Origin: Armatimonadota bacterium
GTDB lineage: Bacteria > Armatimonadota > UBA5829 > DSUL01
Direction: 5' to 3'
Length of the DNA: 64,000 nucleotides
NCBI GenBank assembly: GCA_039811685.1
Contig: JBDHZC010000002.1
Coordinates: forward strand, 645,651 to 709,650
Under the pieces are notes generated by a model, which saw nothing but the letters and a program-made list of their open reading frames with translations, made no database searches and had not been told where the DNA came from. Below are positions 17,419 to 27,681 of this stretch, in pieces; position 1 is the stretch's first letter, and the number at the start of each line of letters is the position of its first letter. The position numbers and the translations under genes were made by a program.

Positions 17419-20400
17419 CAAAAACCAATCACTTTTTGCACTTTGCGGCGGTCTGTGTCGCAGTTATCGCGGGTGCAGGCTGGCCTGCGGTATGCTCCGC
17501 CAAAGCCCGGACCGACACTGTCCGCATCAACACGACATGGGACGCAAACTACTTCTACGCTTCCTTTGACGTCAACGATCAGGACATTCAGGGGACCACG
17601 CGCGGCCCTAATCAGGTGGTGGGCGACGATGACGCTGTCGCTGTCTATTTTCAGAGCGACCGTTCCAAGGGCTCCCAGATCGGCCCACATTCGTTCCGGA
17701 TGATGGTCAGCGCGGCAGGCGGCGCTGAGTGGGCGGTCGGGGACAACGGAAAGTGGGTGAAAAAGGATATTGTCACCTTCAAGTACGCCGTGCGCCGCGA
17801 AGGTACGCTGAATCAGGATCAGGACGACGACACGGGTTATCAGGTGGAGCTGGCGATTCCGTGGTCTGAGATGGGCGTCAAAGGCGAAGTGGGCACGATT
17901 GTAGGCTTCAATGCAGCCGTTCAGATGAAGGGTGAGCACACGGGCTTTCTGAGTATTACGCCCGACATCAAGACCGAAGCCGATCTGGACAACCCTTCCA
18001 AGTGGCAGGAGTTGTGGCTGAGGGGCCCGGTGCAGCCCCTGGTGGTCAATGTGCCTGGCCGCGTGCTGTGCAATCGCGCCGTCAATACTCCCACTGTGGA
18101 CGGGCGCCTGCTACCGTCTGAGTACGCGCTTAAGACAGCTTTTGAACTCGTCAAGCCGGCCGTCTCTTCGGCTCGGCACATTCTGCGCGACTTCCCAATT
18201 GAAAATCTGATTCTCAGCTCTTACTACTATGACCTGGCGAAAGCGGGCAATCCGGCAGCTTTTATCAACAAACCTTTTTACGGTTTTGGCCCGTGGTTTT
18301 CGGGTGAGCGCATTGAGTGGCACCGTCAGCAGCTCAGGGATGCGCGCAGAGCGGGAATTGACGTGCTGCTGGGCGTTCAGAACGTAGCTGGAGGACCTCC
18401 CGACACAGCGACGCTGGCGCTTGTTGGCGCGCTTAAGGAGATGGATGCCGCTGGCGAAGACCACCCACTTCTGGGTGTAGCGCTGGAAGGTCTGGGCGAT
18501 TCCTCGGACGTTGAGGCGTTGTGGAAGGCCATCAGCGGCTTTTTCAACCTGACGCCGCCAGAGTACAGAGCGGAGGTGCGGCTGCCGCAGTCCAGAGGTG
18601 GTCAGACAGCGCTGATTGCATTCCTGCGCGGTGGCGCGGCTGTATCCAAAGAGGCAGTGGAGGAGTTGAACAAGCGAGCTCTGGCAGCTTACGGACAGCG
18701 CATCGCTCTTATCTCTGCGGAGAATGTGGGGGGTGAGGCGGACGGGTTTACAGCAGAGATCGGCGCGGAAGGGTGGAGCTACAGCGACAAGGGCTGGATA
18801 AAGATCGCTTCCGTCACTCCCGGGTTCATACGTGAGGGACAGACGCTGCCACGGCGCGCCGGGCAGACTTACGGCCAGGCATGGGGCGCTGTGGACGGCA
18901 AGAACCCTGACTGGGTTTTTGTGGACAGTTGGAACAGGTGGCAGGACGGCTCCGAGATTGCCACTTCCACCGAGTACGGCCTGCTTTATGTGGACGCTAC
19001 AGCGATACAGACGAGCCGGTTCAACGGCCGATCGGAGTGGGCGGCGAAGTATCTGTCCTCTTCTGTTCCCAGCGTGATTTCGCCGTCCTATATGAGCCTT
19101 GCCCGCCTGAGCGTGCGCAACGTGGGTACAAGAGCGTGGCGGGTGACGGATCGAGTCCGCCTGACTTATCGCTGGTACACAGGCGGGCGGCTCTACTCGC
19201 AGGGGCTGGTGACGGTCCCCGTGCAGAAGGACGTTCCCATTAACGGAATCTCCAACGTGGCGATAGGCGTGGTGGCTGTTGATAAAGACCGGGACCCGTT
19301 GCCGGCGGGGGACTGGACTGTGGTTTTTGATTTTACCGGCCCCGACGGCCTCCTTTTCTCAAGCTCGGGTGACCGCCCGCTGGCTGTTCCGGTGAAGGTA
19401 GGTGAGCCGGCTCCCCGCGCGTACACCGTGCTCGCATCCACACTCCCTGCTTATCTGATGGCCGGGCAAGTCTACTCTGCCACAGTCGCTATCCGAAACG
19501 AAGGCAGCGAAACGTGGAAAAAGGCTGGACCTCTGAACGTGCTGATTTCAGCGCACGGCGCACAGCAGCAGGAGCTCTCAGTCTGGACGGCTTCACTTCC
19601 TAAAGATGTGGAGCCGGGAGCTGTCGTAGAAGTCCCGGTTATCCTGGGTTTGAAGGATCCGCGGCTTTTGCAGGCGACTCGGCCAGTGTGGTTCCAGGTT
19701 ACGCTGGCGGAGGGCCAGCGCAGTGTGAAAGCAGACTCCGGACACGCAGCCAGCTTCGCAGCGCTCCTAGGCGCCTCTGACTACGGGGCAAAGCTGACGC
19801 CACCTGCCAAACCCCTGCCGCCAGTTACCTTTGGCGCGCCGGCCAAGTTTCAGATTGAGGTGGCCAACACGGGTGTGCAGGAGTGGCGCGAGCAGACGCG
19901 GCTTGTGGCGCAGTGGTACTCACTCGACGGGCAGCCGCTGCTCAGTGAAGGAGGGGAGGCCAAGCTGCGCAAGGGCATAAAGCCGGGTGAGAACCTCACG
20001 GCCAACGCGGAGCTGAAGGCTCCACCGTACCCAGGGCAGTACGTCGTGCGCTGGACGCCGTTTGTCGGCTCGGCCGCGACTACGACGGACCCTCTGGGGG
20101 GACCGACAGACGGAGTGTTCACCCAGTATGTCACTGTCCAGGGACCTGCCGTAGCGGCGCTTGATCTGGCCCAGCTCTTTGACTCAAATGTTGAGATTGC
20201 TGAGACTCAGGGCGGCGGCGCCTTCGGGCCGCAGGGAGCGCTTCCCGCTGAGGCTGTCCCGCCACTCGTCATTCCAGCGACCTCTCCGTCCGGTCTCTTC
20301 CCATCCGGTCTTTACCAGAGCGCTGACGGCGGTCCGCAGTACGCAGGTGTTTCAAGCCGCCGCTGGATCAGCTTCCTCTGGCCGCCGAAAAGCGACAGTG

Positions 20401-20768
20401 GGCACAACGCCATCAGCGCCAATCGCCAGAGCGTTACAGTGCCCTCCGGCGCGTGGAGCCGGGTGCACGTTCTGGCAGCGAGCGCCTCAGAGGCAAAAAG
20501 CGCAGAGTTTACGCTGGTGTACGGGTCTTCTCCCAAGACTCAGAATGTCCGCGTCGGGAGCTGGCAGGCGCGCGGTGAGGGCGATGTGGTAGCCTACGAA
20601 GCGCCCTACACAGCGACAGAAAGTGGCGTTAAGGCCAGCCCAGCGTTCCTGTACGATGTCGTAATCAGTGTCGATCCCGCAGAAGGGCTCAGCGCTATCA
20701 AGCTGCCGCGCGACTCTGATATCAAAGTGCTAGGTATCTCGCTGGAAGCGGCTGAAGCCGCGCACTGA
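17415..20768 (+). CDS. Large secreted modular carbohydrate-related protein: CBM9/DOMON-like, GH99/DUF5010-like barrel, three NBR1-like Ig domains
   Basis: Signal peptide; WDANYFYASFDVND...GYQVELAIPW; WHRQQLRDARRAGID...SWNRWQDGSEI; repeated xxNxGxxxW Ig motifs. Confidence 0.7.
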   Translation: MTKTNHFLHFAAVCVAVIAGAGWPAVCSAKARTDTVRINTTWDANYFYASFDVNDQDIQGTTRGPNQVVGDDDAVAVYFQSDRSKGSQIGPHSFRMMVSAAGGAEWAVGDNGKWVKKDIVTFKYAVRREGTLNQDQDDDTGYQVELAIPWSEMGVKGEVGTIVGFNAAVQMKGEHTGFLSITPDIKTEADLDNPSKWQELWLRGPVQPLVVNVPGRVLCNRAVNTPTVDGRLLPSEYALKTAFELVKPAVSSARHILRDFPIENLILSSYYYDLAKAGNPAAFINKPFYGFGPWFSGERIEWHRQQLRDARRAGIDVLLGVQNVAGGPPDTATLALVGALKEMDAAGEDHPLLGVALEGLGDSSDVEALWKAISGFFNLTPPEYRAEVRLPQSRGGQTALIAFLRGGAAVSKEAVEELNKRALAAYGQRIALISAENVGGEADGFTAEIGAEGWSYSDKGWIKIASVTPGFIREGQTLPRRAGQTYGQAWGAVDGKNPDWVFVDSWNRWQDGSEIATSTEYGLLYVDATAIQTSRFNGRSEWAAKYLSSSVPSVISPSYMSLARLSVRNVGTRAWRVTDRVRLTYRWYTGGRLYSQGLVTVPVQKDVPINGISNVAIGVVAVDKDRDPLPAGDWTVVFDFTGPDGLLFSSSGDRPLAVPVKVGEPAPRAYTVLASTLPAYLMAGQVYSATVAIRNEGSETWKKAGPLNVLISAHGAQQQELSVWTASLPKDVEPGAVVEVPVILGLKDPRLLQATRPVWFQVTLAEGQRSVKADSGHAASFAALLGASDYGAKLTPPAKPLPPVTFGAPAKFQIEVANTGVQEWREQTRLVAQWYSLDGQPLLSEGGEAKLRKGIKPGENLTANAELKAPPYPGQYVVRWTPFVGSAATTTDPLGGPTDGVFTQYVTVQGPAVAALDLAQLFDSNVEIAETQGGGAFGPQGALPAEAVPPLVIPATSPSGLFPSGLYQSADGGPQYAGVSSRRWISFLWPPKSDSGHNAISANRQSVTVPSGAWSRVHVLAASASEAKSAEFTLVYGSSPKTQNVRVGSWQARGEGDVVAYEAPYTATESGVKASPAFLYDVVISVDPAEGLSAIKLPRDSDIKVLGISLEAAEAAH

Positions 20769-20942
20769 CGAGTCCCTGAGATGCGCATGGGGCACGGGGC
20801 AGGACTGAGAGCGCTGCTCTGAGTTCCCGCGTCTGCTGATACCTCCGCCATTTTCCTCAAGAGCTGCATTGGAATGACCCGAATGCAGGGTATGTTGCTA
20901 CTGAGTCAGAGAGTCTGGCGACTTGTGGCTCGTGGCACGGCA

Positions 20943-21470
20943 ATGGACTGTTTTGAAGCTCAAGAATTGTTGACGGACTACGTCTGCGGCGGGCTGACAC
21001 TCACTCAGCGGCGCGCGATGGCCTACCACTTCTGCGCGTGTGAGCGGTGCAGACGGGACAAAGAGGTGGCGCGGCTACTGGTGAACTCGATGCGCGGTAT
21101 CTCTGAGGAACGCCCGGTCCTGGCCGATGAAGATATCGAAGAGAGTCCGATCGTCGCCCTTGCCAACCGCATCCTCTTTGACGCCATCAACCGCGGCGCA
21201 AGCGAAGTCCAGGTGCAGCCGCGAAAACGGGACGTGCGCGTACTGTATAGAGTAAACGGGTGGCTGCGCGAAGCGCGCACAGTGCCCAAATCACTCCAGA
21301 GCCCTCTGCTGATCCGTCTGAAGATCCTGGCCAGTCTGGATATTGCCTCAGACGTCGAAGACCAGCGCGGAGAGATCGCAGTCGTGCAGCAGGGGACTCA
21401 GTTCCGGCTTGACGTATGCGTGACGGGCGGCAAGTACGGCGAGGAGATAGTGCTGCGTCTGCGCGGCTGA
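20943..21470 (+). CDS. zf-HC2 (ZAS) zinc finger fused to a GspE/PilB N2-like domain
   Basis: MDC..AQELL...HFCACERC; then SPIVALANRILFDAINRGASEVQVQP...YRVNG...RLKILASLDIA...YGEEIVLRL; no ATPase domain. Confidence 0.75.
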   Translation: MDCFEAQELLTDYVCGGLTLTQRRAMAYHFCACERCRRDKEVARLLVNSMRGISEERPVLADEDIEESPIVALANRILFDAINRGASEVQVQPRKRDVRVLYRVNGWLREARTVPKSLQSPLLIRLKILASLDIASDVEDQRGEIAVVQQGTQFRLDVCVTGGKYGEEIVLRLRG

Positions 21471-21517
21471 ATCTCAGCCCGGCGCCCTGACTTCTCCAGG
21501 AGACTGACCAGAGCTCC

Positions 21518-22399
21518 CTAGTAAGCCCAGTAGTAGGGCGGTAACGAAGGCCTGAAGATCACCGGCGCATTCGGCTGCATTGTGCGGAGTCGAGGCGGCC
21601 CCCAGACTGCGGCATTTCCAGGACGGATATAGGCCGGGGAGCTGCCCGTGACGACCGGCGGGATAAACTCGGGCTCAACCAGCGGGGCGTACGTCGCGAC
21701 CAGATCCTGCTGCGCCTGGCGAAGAACGCCCATAGCTTCTTCGGGACTCAGTTGTGAGAGCATACTACTGACCTTATCATAGGCCTGAGACGGAGTGGTT
21801 ACAGGCTGGTTGTCAGTAGAGTCCGCAGAGGTGGCTGCGCTGGTCTCAGTCCCGGACGCGGACGTTTGAGTAGAGCTCGCTGCCGTGGTGGACTCAAGAG
21901 GCTTGACGACAACGCTGGTGGTCGGCGCGGACGGAGAATACACCCAGTAGACTTCACGCAGACCCAGATCAGAGGCTGAACCCCAGAGCTTTTCCGCCGC
22001 GGCCCCGGAAAGGACCGCTGTTGCGGGTCTCGAACCAGTGGGCGCGACTACGATGCTGGCGGTATCTACGCTGTCGGCGTCAGTGACCATCCTCTGCAGC
22101 TCTGTGCGTGTGATCCCGGGAGGCGCGAGCACCTTGCGCCACCGAAGATAGGCGGCGCGTGAGACTGCATCCAGCGCATCTTCCAGCGGGAGGTTAGCCA
22201 GCGCGAGGTCAACTGTCCCGGTCACCTCTGGTGCAGCCATGATCGTGGTGTCAGATTGGCGGGCCAAAACTGACAGGGCAGTTGTCACGTCCATATTCTG
22301 CCCGGTGACACTGACAAGCGGACCCTTATCGGCAGGCTGCGCTCTGACGCCTGCGGACAGCGCCACCATCACAAGTACTGCGATCAAGTTTCTCATCAT
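21518..22399 (-). CDS. Secreted protein with a secretin N0/STN-like domain and Ser/Thr-rich linker
   Basis: Signal peptide; NMDVTTALSVLARQS...EVTGTVDLALANLPLEDALDAV. Confidence 0.7.
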   Translation of the reverse strand: MMRNLIAVLVMVALSAGVRAQPADKGPLVSVTGQNMDVTTALSVLARQSDTTIMAAPEVTGTVDLALANLPLEDALDAVSRAAYLRWRKVLAPPGITRTELQRMVTDADSVDTASIVVAPTGSRPATAVLSGAAAEKLWGSASDLGLREVYWVYSPSAPTTSVVVKPLESTTAASSTQTSASGTETSAATSADSTDNQPVTTPSQAYDKVSSMLSQLSPEEAMGVLRQAQQDLVATYAPLVEPEFIPPVVTGSSPAYIRPGNAAVWGPPRLRTMQPNAPVIFRPSLPPYYWAY

Positions 22400-22504
22400 A
22401 CACTCCCGATAGCCCATCCTCATCAACAAGTGTCGTCTGTTTCAATTATACCCCTGTTCGGGCTTCTGAAGATATGTGAGAGGAGATTGTGAGCAGAGCC
22501 AAAA

Positions 22505-23689
22505 TCAGCTCTTGAAGAGCATCGGGAGAAGCTGGGTTCCGTCGTCCACAAACGTCCTGGCGTCTTCCAGCGCACGCTCGTCAAAAGGCACGGAGTTGTC
22601 GCGGTGGCGTCGAGAGTCAAACAGCAGGAAGGGAACAGGCTCCTGCGAGTGACCGCCTGTGGAGATGGGCGTGGGGTGGTCTGGCAGGATGAGGATGCGA
22701 AAATCATCGTAGCGCTTCATGCGGTGCAGAATTGTGCCAAGGACAAGCTCGTCGCACTGCTCGATCGCAAATATCTTCTTTTCGGCGTCCTTTTCATGAC
22801 CGGCCTCATCCGGAGCTTCCACATGGACGAACACGAAATCCATCTCGCGCAGCTCTTCGAAGGCGTATTCTCCCTTGCCGGCGTAGTTGGTGTCCACGTA
22901 GCCTGTCGCCCCCGGTACGTCCACAACGCGCAGCCCGGATATGCGTCCAATGCCGCGAACCAGGTCCACGGCGGCGACGACAGACCCGCGCTTGCCGTAT
23001 TTGGTCAGAAAGGATGGCAAGTCCGGCACGCGCCCCTGTCCCCAGAACCACACCATGTTGGCCACCGGAAGGCCCTCATCCCTGCGGCGCTTGTTGACAG
23101 GGTGGTTGTCCAGAAGATCTACTGAGTCCCAGATCAGAGACCGCAGCTTCTCCTCCCCGTCACCCCTGGGCAGATGCTCGCTGACAGGCTCTCCAATAAA
23201 CCGGTAAGGCTCATCGCAGTGGATGTCGTCCTTTCCGTCACGCCACACCATCAGATGCCGGTAGGAAACTCCGGGATAAAACTGAACTGTGCGGCTGCCG
23301 AGCTTTTGCGCAACGCAGTCAATGAGTGGCCGGGCCTCTTCGGTGGAGATATGCCCCGCAGAGGAGTTGAGAATATGCTCCCCGTCTGTGGTGATGAGGT
23401 TGCAGCGGAAAGCGACGTCGGCGCGGTCCAGCGGGATGCCGACACTCGCGGCTTCCAGCGGGCCCCTGCCGCAGTAGTACCGGGCGGGGTCGTAGCCCAG
23501 AATGGACATGTTGCACACATCCGAACCCGCATACATCCCGTCCGGATGGTTTACGGTTTTACCGACCAGCCCTTTGCTGGCCAGATCGTCCATAAACGGT
23601 GTACGCGCCACCATAAGCGGCGTCTTGCCATCCAGCTCCGGGCCTGGAATGTCAGCCATACCATCGAAAACAAGGAGGATGTACTTCAT
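22505..23689 (-). CDS. apgM: Cofactor-independent phosphoglycerate mutase-like protein (ApgM family; proposed homoserine kinase subgroup)
   Basis: DGMAD...GKTPL, GSDVCNMS, HVEAPDEAGH, PDHPTP...H. Confidence 0.9.
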   Translation of the reverse strand: MKYILLVFDGMADIPGPELDGKTPLMVARTPFMDDLASKGLVGKTVNHPDGMYAGSDVCNMSILGYDPARYYCGRGPLEAASVGIPLDRADVAFRCNLITTDGEHILNSSAGHISTEEARPLIDCVAQKLGSRTVQFYPGVSYRHLMVWRDGKDDIHCDEPYRFIGEPVSEHLPRGDGEEKLRSLIWDSVDLLDNHPVNKRRRDEGLPVANMVWFWGQGRVPDLPSFLTKYGKRGSVVAAVDLVRGIGRISGLRVVDVPGATGYVDTNYAGKGEYAFEELREMDFVFVHVEAPDEAGHEKDAEKKIFAIEQCDELVLGTILHRMKRYDDFRILILPDHPTPISTGGHSQEPVPFLLFDSRRHRDNSVPFDERALEDARTFVDDGTQLLPMLFKS

Positions 23690-23750
23690 AGTTCAGATAT
23701 GCCACGCAAACGCCCGGTACGTGAGAGCGTGAGACGCAATGTACGGTCGC

Positions 23751-24680
23751 CTACTCTATGTCTCGGCCGCTCAGACGCCTGTAAGCCTCCTGGTAACGGC
23801 GGGTTGTGCCTTCAACGACCTCCTGCGGAAGGGCGGGCGCGGGCGGCTGGCGATTCCACCCCTGTTTGAGCACCCAGTCTCTCACATACTGCTTGTCGAA
23901 GGCCTCCTGCGGCCGTCCCGGCTCATACGTTCCGGCATCCCAGAAGCGCGAAGAGTCCGGCGTGAGCGCTTCGTCAATGAGGATGATCTCGCTGTTGATC
24001 GCGCCAAACTCAAACTTTGTATCGGCAAGAATCATGCCGCGCTCAGAAGCGATTTTACTGGCCCGATCATAAATCTGCAGGCTCAGCTCCTCCAGACGGC
24101 AGATGACATCTTCACCCACAATCTGGGCGGCTTCAACGCTGCTGATATTCTCATCGTGCCCTGACTCGGCTTTGGTGGCAGGTGTGAAAACCGGTTCGGG
24201 AAGCCTGTCTGACTCCCGCAGGCCCGCTGGCAACACATGGCCATGAATGGTGGCGTGGCCTCCGGCGTCCTGGTACTCCTTCCACAGACTGCCGGCAATG
24301 TAGCCCCTCACAACGCATTCGACGGGAAACGGGCGCGTCTTTTGGACCAGCATTGACCGGCCTTCAAGCATCTGGCGGCTGCTCTGGAGGTCTGTAGCGC
24401 CTGCGGACTGGATGGCGCGCAAAATCTCTTCTATATCTGCGGTGATCAGGTGGTTGTCAACGATGCCGGAAAGCTGTTCCAGCCAGAACAGCGTCATCTG
24501 CGTGAGCACGCGGCCCTTGCCCGAAATCGGAGTTGGAAAGACGACATCGAAGGCGGAGAGGCGGTCTGTCGCGACAAACAGCAGACTGTCTCCCAGATCG
24601 TAGAGATCGCGCACTTTGCCTCTGCCGGTCAGCTCAACCCCGGGAATCTGGCTGTGAAAGACTGTGGTATCAGAGCTCAT
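23751..24680 (-). CDS. purC: SAICAR synthase
   Basis: GKVRDLY, ATDRLSAFD, ECVVRGY, ADTKFEFG, DEALTPDSSRFW. Confidence 0.97.
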   Translation of the reverse strand: MSSDTTVFHSQIPGVELTGRGKVRDLYDLGDSLLFVATDRLSAFDVVFPTPISGKGRVLTQMTLFWLEQLSGIVDNHLITADIEEILRAIQSAGATDLQSSRQMLEGRSMLVQKTRPFPVECVVRGYIAGSLWKEYQDAGGHATIHGHVLPAGLRESDRLPEPVFTPATKAESGHDENISSVEAAQIVGEDVICRLEELSLQIYDRASKIASERGMILADTKFEFGAINSEIILIDEALTPDSSRFWDAGTYEPGRPQEAFDKQYVRDWVLKQGWNRQPPAPALPQEVVEGTTRRYQEAYRRLSGRDIE

Positions 24681-24695
24681 GAGAGACCGGCTTAC

Positions 24696-25778
24696 CTAAA
24701 ACCCCAGCAGATCGAGGATGCGGCCCTTGTCAGGCGGCAACTCCACCAGCGGATCGGCGCAGCTTACGGCGCGGTTCGGGTCTTTCAGCCCGTGCCCGGT
24801 GAGAATGCAAACGGCTGTGGCGGGTTCGGAGAAGTAGCCGGATGCGGCCGTCTTACGCAAACCTGCCACGCTGGCCGCCGAAGCTGGCTCACAGAAGACG
24901 CCTTCCAGTCTGGCCAGCATTTTGTAAGCCTCCACGATCTCCTCATCCGTAACCATATCGATCATTCCGCCAGATTCATCGCGCGCGGCCTCAGCCTGCT
25001 TCCAACTTGCAGGATTTCCGATGCGGATAGCGGTCGCGAGAGTCTCAGGGTTTTCTATCGGATGGCCTTTGACAATGGGCGCCGAGCCTGCGGCCTGAAA
25101 CCCCAGCATTTTTGGACGGCGGTCAATCCGGCCCGCGTTGAAGTACTCCGTGTAGCCTTTCCAGTACGCGGTGATGTTGCCCGCGTTACCCACAGGAATG
25201 CAGTGAAAATCCGGCGGCCCATCCAGCGCGTCGCAAATCTCAAAAGCGCCGGATTTCTGCCCTTCGATACGGTAGGGATTGAGCGAGTTTACAAGCTCGA
25301 TGGGATACTCATCGGTGATCTCACGCACAAGGCGCAGAGCGTCGTCGAAGTTTCCGTCAATAGCGATGACGGTGGCTCCGTGCATCAGAGACTGCGAGAC
25401 CTTCCCCAGAGCGACCTCTCCCGCCGGGAGCAACACGGCGCATTTGATGCCAGCCCTGGCCGAATACGCAGCGGCAGAAGCGGCGGTGTTGCCGGTGGAG
25501 GCGCAGATGACCGCCCTGGCCCCAGCTTCGACAGCTTTGGAGATGGCCATTGTCATACCGCGGTCTTTGAAGGAACCCGTGGGGTTGAGCCCCTCATACT
25601 TCAGATAAATCTTCAGTTTAGAGTCAATTGCCGCAGCCAGCGCCGGTGCGGGAATGAGAGGCGTGTCTCCCTCAAAGAGGGTAATGACGGGTGTGGCGTC
25701 CGTCACCGGCATCCACTGCCGGTATCTCTGTATAATTCCTGAGCGCCGCATTGCGGCCTCTGTGGCGACAGCCTCCAT
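24696..25778 (-). CDS. thrC: Threonine synthase
   Basis: KYEGLNPTGSFKDRG, CASTGNT, PVGNAGN, LTGHGLKDP. Confidence 0.97.
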   Translation of the reverse strand: MEAVATEAAMRRSGIIQRYRQWMPVTDATPVITLFEGDTPLIPAPALAAAIDSKLKIYLKYEGLNPTGSFKDRGMTMAISKAVEAGARAVICASTGNTAASAAAYSARAGIKCAVLLPAGEVALGKVSQSLMHGATVIAIDGNFDDALRLVREITDEYPIELVNSLNPYRIEGQKSGAFEICDALDGPPDFHCIPVGNAGNITAYWKGYTEYFNAGRIDRRPKMLGFQAAGSAPIVKGHPIENPETLATAIRIGNPASWKQAEAARDESGGMIDMVTDEEIVEAYKMLARLEGVFCEPASAASVAGLRKTAASGYFSEPATAVCILTGHGLKDPNRAVSCADPLVELPPDKGRILDLLGF

Positions 25779-25783
25779 CTCAG

Positions 25784-27076
25784 CTACTCCTCAACTCGTA
25801 TGACCGAACAGATCTCGTCAACATCGTCCAACTGACGGATGCGCTCCAGCGCTTCCTGAATGTCGCGCTCTTTGACTTCGTGTGTCAGAAAGACAAGCTC
25901 CGCCACACCGTCTTCCGCCGTCTTTTGCACCATCGAAGCGATGGAAACATCGCAGTCTCCAAACTGGGTGGCGATGGCGGCCAGAACGCCCGGGTGGTCT
26001 TCAACCCGCATGCGCGCATAGTAGCGGCAGACGATATCGCCCGTAGCCTGCACAGGCAGATCGCGGAACTCAAGGGTCTTGAGCCGTCCGTTTGATCCAG
26101 AGACAATATTGCGGCTGACTTCGACAATATCTCCGACGACGGCGCTGCCCGCGGCCATGCCGCCCGCTCCCGGCCCGTAAACCATTATGTCTCCGACAGC
26201 GTCTCCCGTGACAAATATGGCATTATTCACACCGGAAACAGAGGCTATCGGGTGTGAAAGCGGCACCAGAGCCGGATGGACCCGCGCCTCAATGCCGTCC
26301 GGAGTGCGCTTGGCGACAGCGAGCAGTTTGATGTTGTACCCAAGGTCTCGCGCATTGTTGACGTCCGTAGCTTTCAGGCCAGAGATACCTTCGCACAAAA
26401 TCTGATCCACGTTGAGACGCGCGTGGAAGCCCAGAGACGCCAGAATTGTGATCTTGTAGCGCGCGTCGTAGCCTTCGATATCGTTGGTGGGGTCAGACTC
26501 AGCATAGCCCAGAGCCTGGGCTTCGCGCAGGACGTCTTCCAGGGAGCCGCCTTCCCCGGACATGCGCGTCAGAATGTAGTTTGTGGTGCCGTTGACAATG
26601 CCGATGATCTTCTCAATCTGGTTGCCAGCCAGCCCGATTCGCAGCGGCGAGATGATGGGAATCCCACCGCCAACGCTGGCTTCAAAATAGAAGTCCGCGC
26701 TGTTTTTTTCGGCAAGCTCCAGAAGCTGGGGTCCCTGCTTGGCCAGCAGCTCCTTGTTTGCCACAACCACGTGCTTGCCCGCCTCCAGCGCCATGCGCAC
26801 GAAGCGCCCGGCCGGATTTACCCCGCCTATCAGCTCACAGACAATATGCACGTCCGGATCGCGTATCAGAGCCTCAGCATCGGCGGATGCGCGGACATTG
26901 GGATCGAGCTTCTCCTTGAGCAATTCCGTGCGCAGATCCGCCACACTGACCACACGCACCGGGCGGCCGACCTGGCGCTCGATCGTCTCGGCGTTGTCAC
27001 GCAGAATGCTGTAAGTGCCCTGCCCGACAATGCCAAACCCGATAATCCCAACCCCAATGACGCCCTGATCGCTCAA
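25784..27076 (-). CDS. hom: Homoserine dehydrogenase with ACT domain
   Basis: GFGIVG, ANK, FEASVGGGIP, NGTTNYIL, GYAESDP, C-terminal ACT (DHPGVLA). Confidence 0.97.
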   Translation of the reverse strand: MSDQGVIGVGIIGFGIVGQGTYSILRDNAETIERQVGRPVRVVSVADLRTELLKEKLDPNVRASADAEALIRDPDVHIVCELIGGVNPAGRFVRMALEAGKHVVVANKELLAKQGPQLLELAEKNSADFYFEASVGGGIPIISPLRIGLAGNQIEKIIGIVNGTTNYILTRMSGEGGSLEDVLREAQALGYAESDPTNDIEGYDARYKITILASLGFHARLNVDQILCEGISGLKATDVNNARDLGYNIKLLAVAKRTPDGIEARVHPALVPLSHPIASVSGVNNAIFVTGDAVGDIMVYGPGAGGMAAGSAVVGDIVEVSRNIVSGSNGRLKTLEFRDLPVQATGDIVCRYYARMRVEDHPGVLAAIATQFGDCDVSIASMVQKTAEDGVAELVFLTHEVKERDIQEALERIRQLDDVDEICSVIRVEE

Positions 27077-27078
27077 AT

Positions 27079-27576
27079 CTATTCCTCCGTACCTTCCATC
27101 GGCTCAACAAGCATCAGCGTTTCACCGGCCTGAACAAGCGCCCCATTCTGCGCCCTGATCTCGACAAGCCGCCCACTGATCTCTGAGGGCACTTCGCTGA
27201 AGACTTTCATCGCTTCAATCAGGCCAACGGTCTGCCCGACCCGAATGACTTCTCCAGGTTCCACGAAAACAGGCGCATCCGGCGAGGGAGATGTATAGAA
27301 GACTCCGGTCATCGGGGAGACTAGCGGGACTGTGGGCCGCTCTGGCTGCTGAACTGCGGCGCTGGGTGGCGCTGAGGCCGCGGTACGCCGGGCAAGCGCA
27401 GCGCGAGGTCTGGTGACTGGCGCGGCTTCCAGCTCTTCGATCTCCACAGTCTCCTGCGCATTGCGTACGGTGACGGTAAGGCTCTTCTCAGAGACGCTGA
27501 GTTCAGCGAGGCCGTACTTCTCAACGAGAGCGATAAGCTGCTGGATTTCTTGTAGGTCTATCTTGTCCGAGGCCAT
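27079..27576 (-). CDS. accB: Acetyl-CoA carboxylase biotin carboxyl carrier protein
   Basis: SPMTGVFY, IEAMKV biotinylation motif. Confidence 0.95.
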   Translation of the reverse strand: MASDKIDLQEIQQLIALVEKYGLAELSVSEKSLTVTVRNAQETVEIEELEAAPVTRPRAALARRTAASAPPSAAVQQPERPTVPLVSPMTGVFYTSPSPDAPVFVEPGEVIRVGQTVGLIEAMKVFSEVPSEISGRLVEIRAQNGALVQAGETLMLVEPMEGTEE

Positions 27577-27641
27577 AATTGCCGTGCGGAGCCCGCGGAG
27601 CCGTTAGAAACGGGCCCGAGCTTTCTCGCCCTGAGTGGTTC

Positions 27642-27681
27642 AAAAAAAGCCCCGCGCGCCGGTCATCCCGGAACGTTGGGC
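27642..27681 (-). terminator. Hairpin plus U7 between lacI and accB (terminator or attenuator)
   Basis: Minus strand GCCC..CCGG-GATGA-CCGG..GGGC-TTTTTTT. Confidence 0.5.

Noticed and set aside
24450..25742. 430-aa plus-strand ORF, and similar long antisense ORFs over lacI, recF, the oxidoreductase and dnaE
   Set aside because: Antisense to unambiguous housekeeping genes
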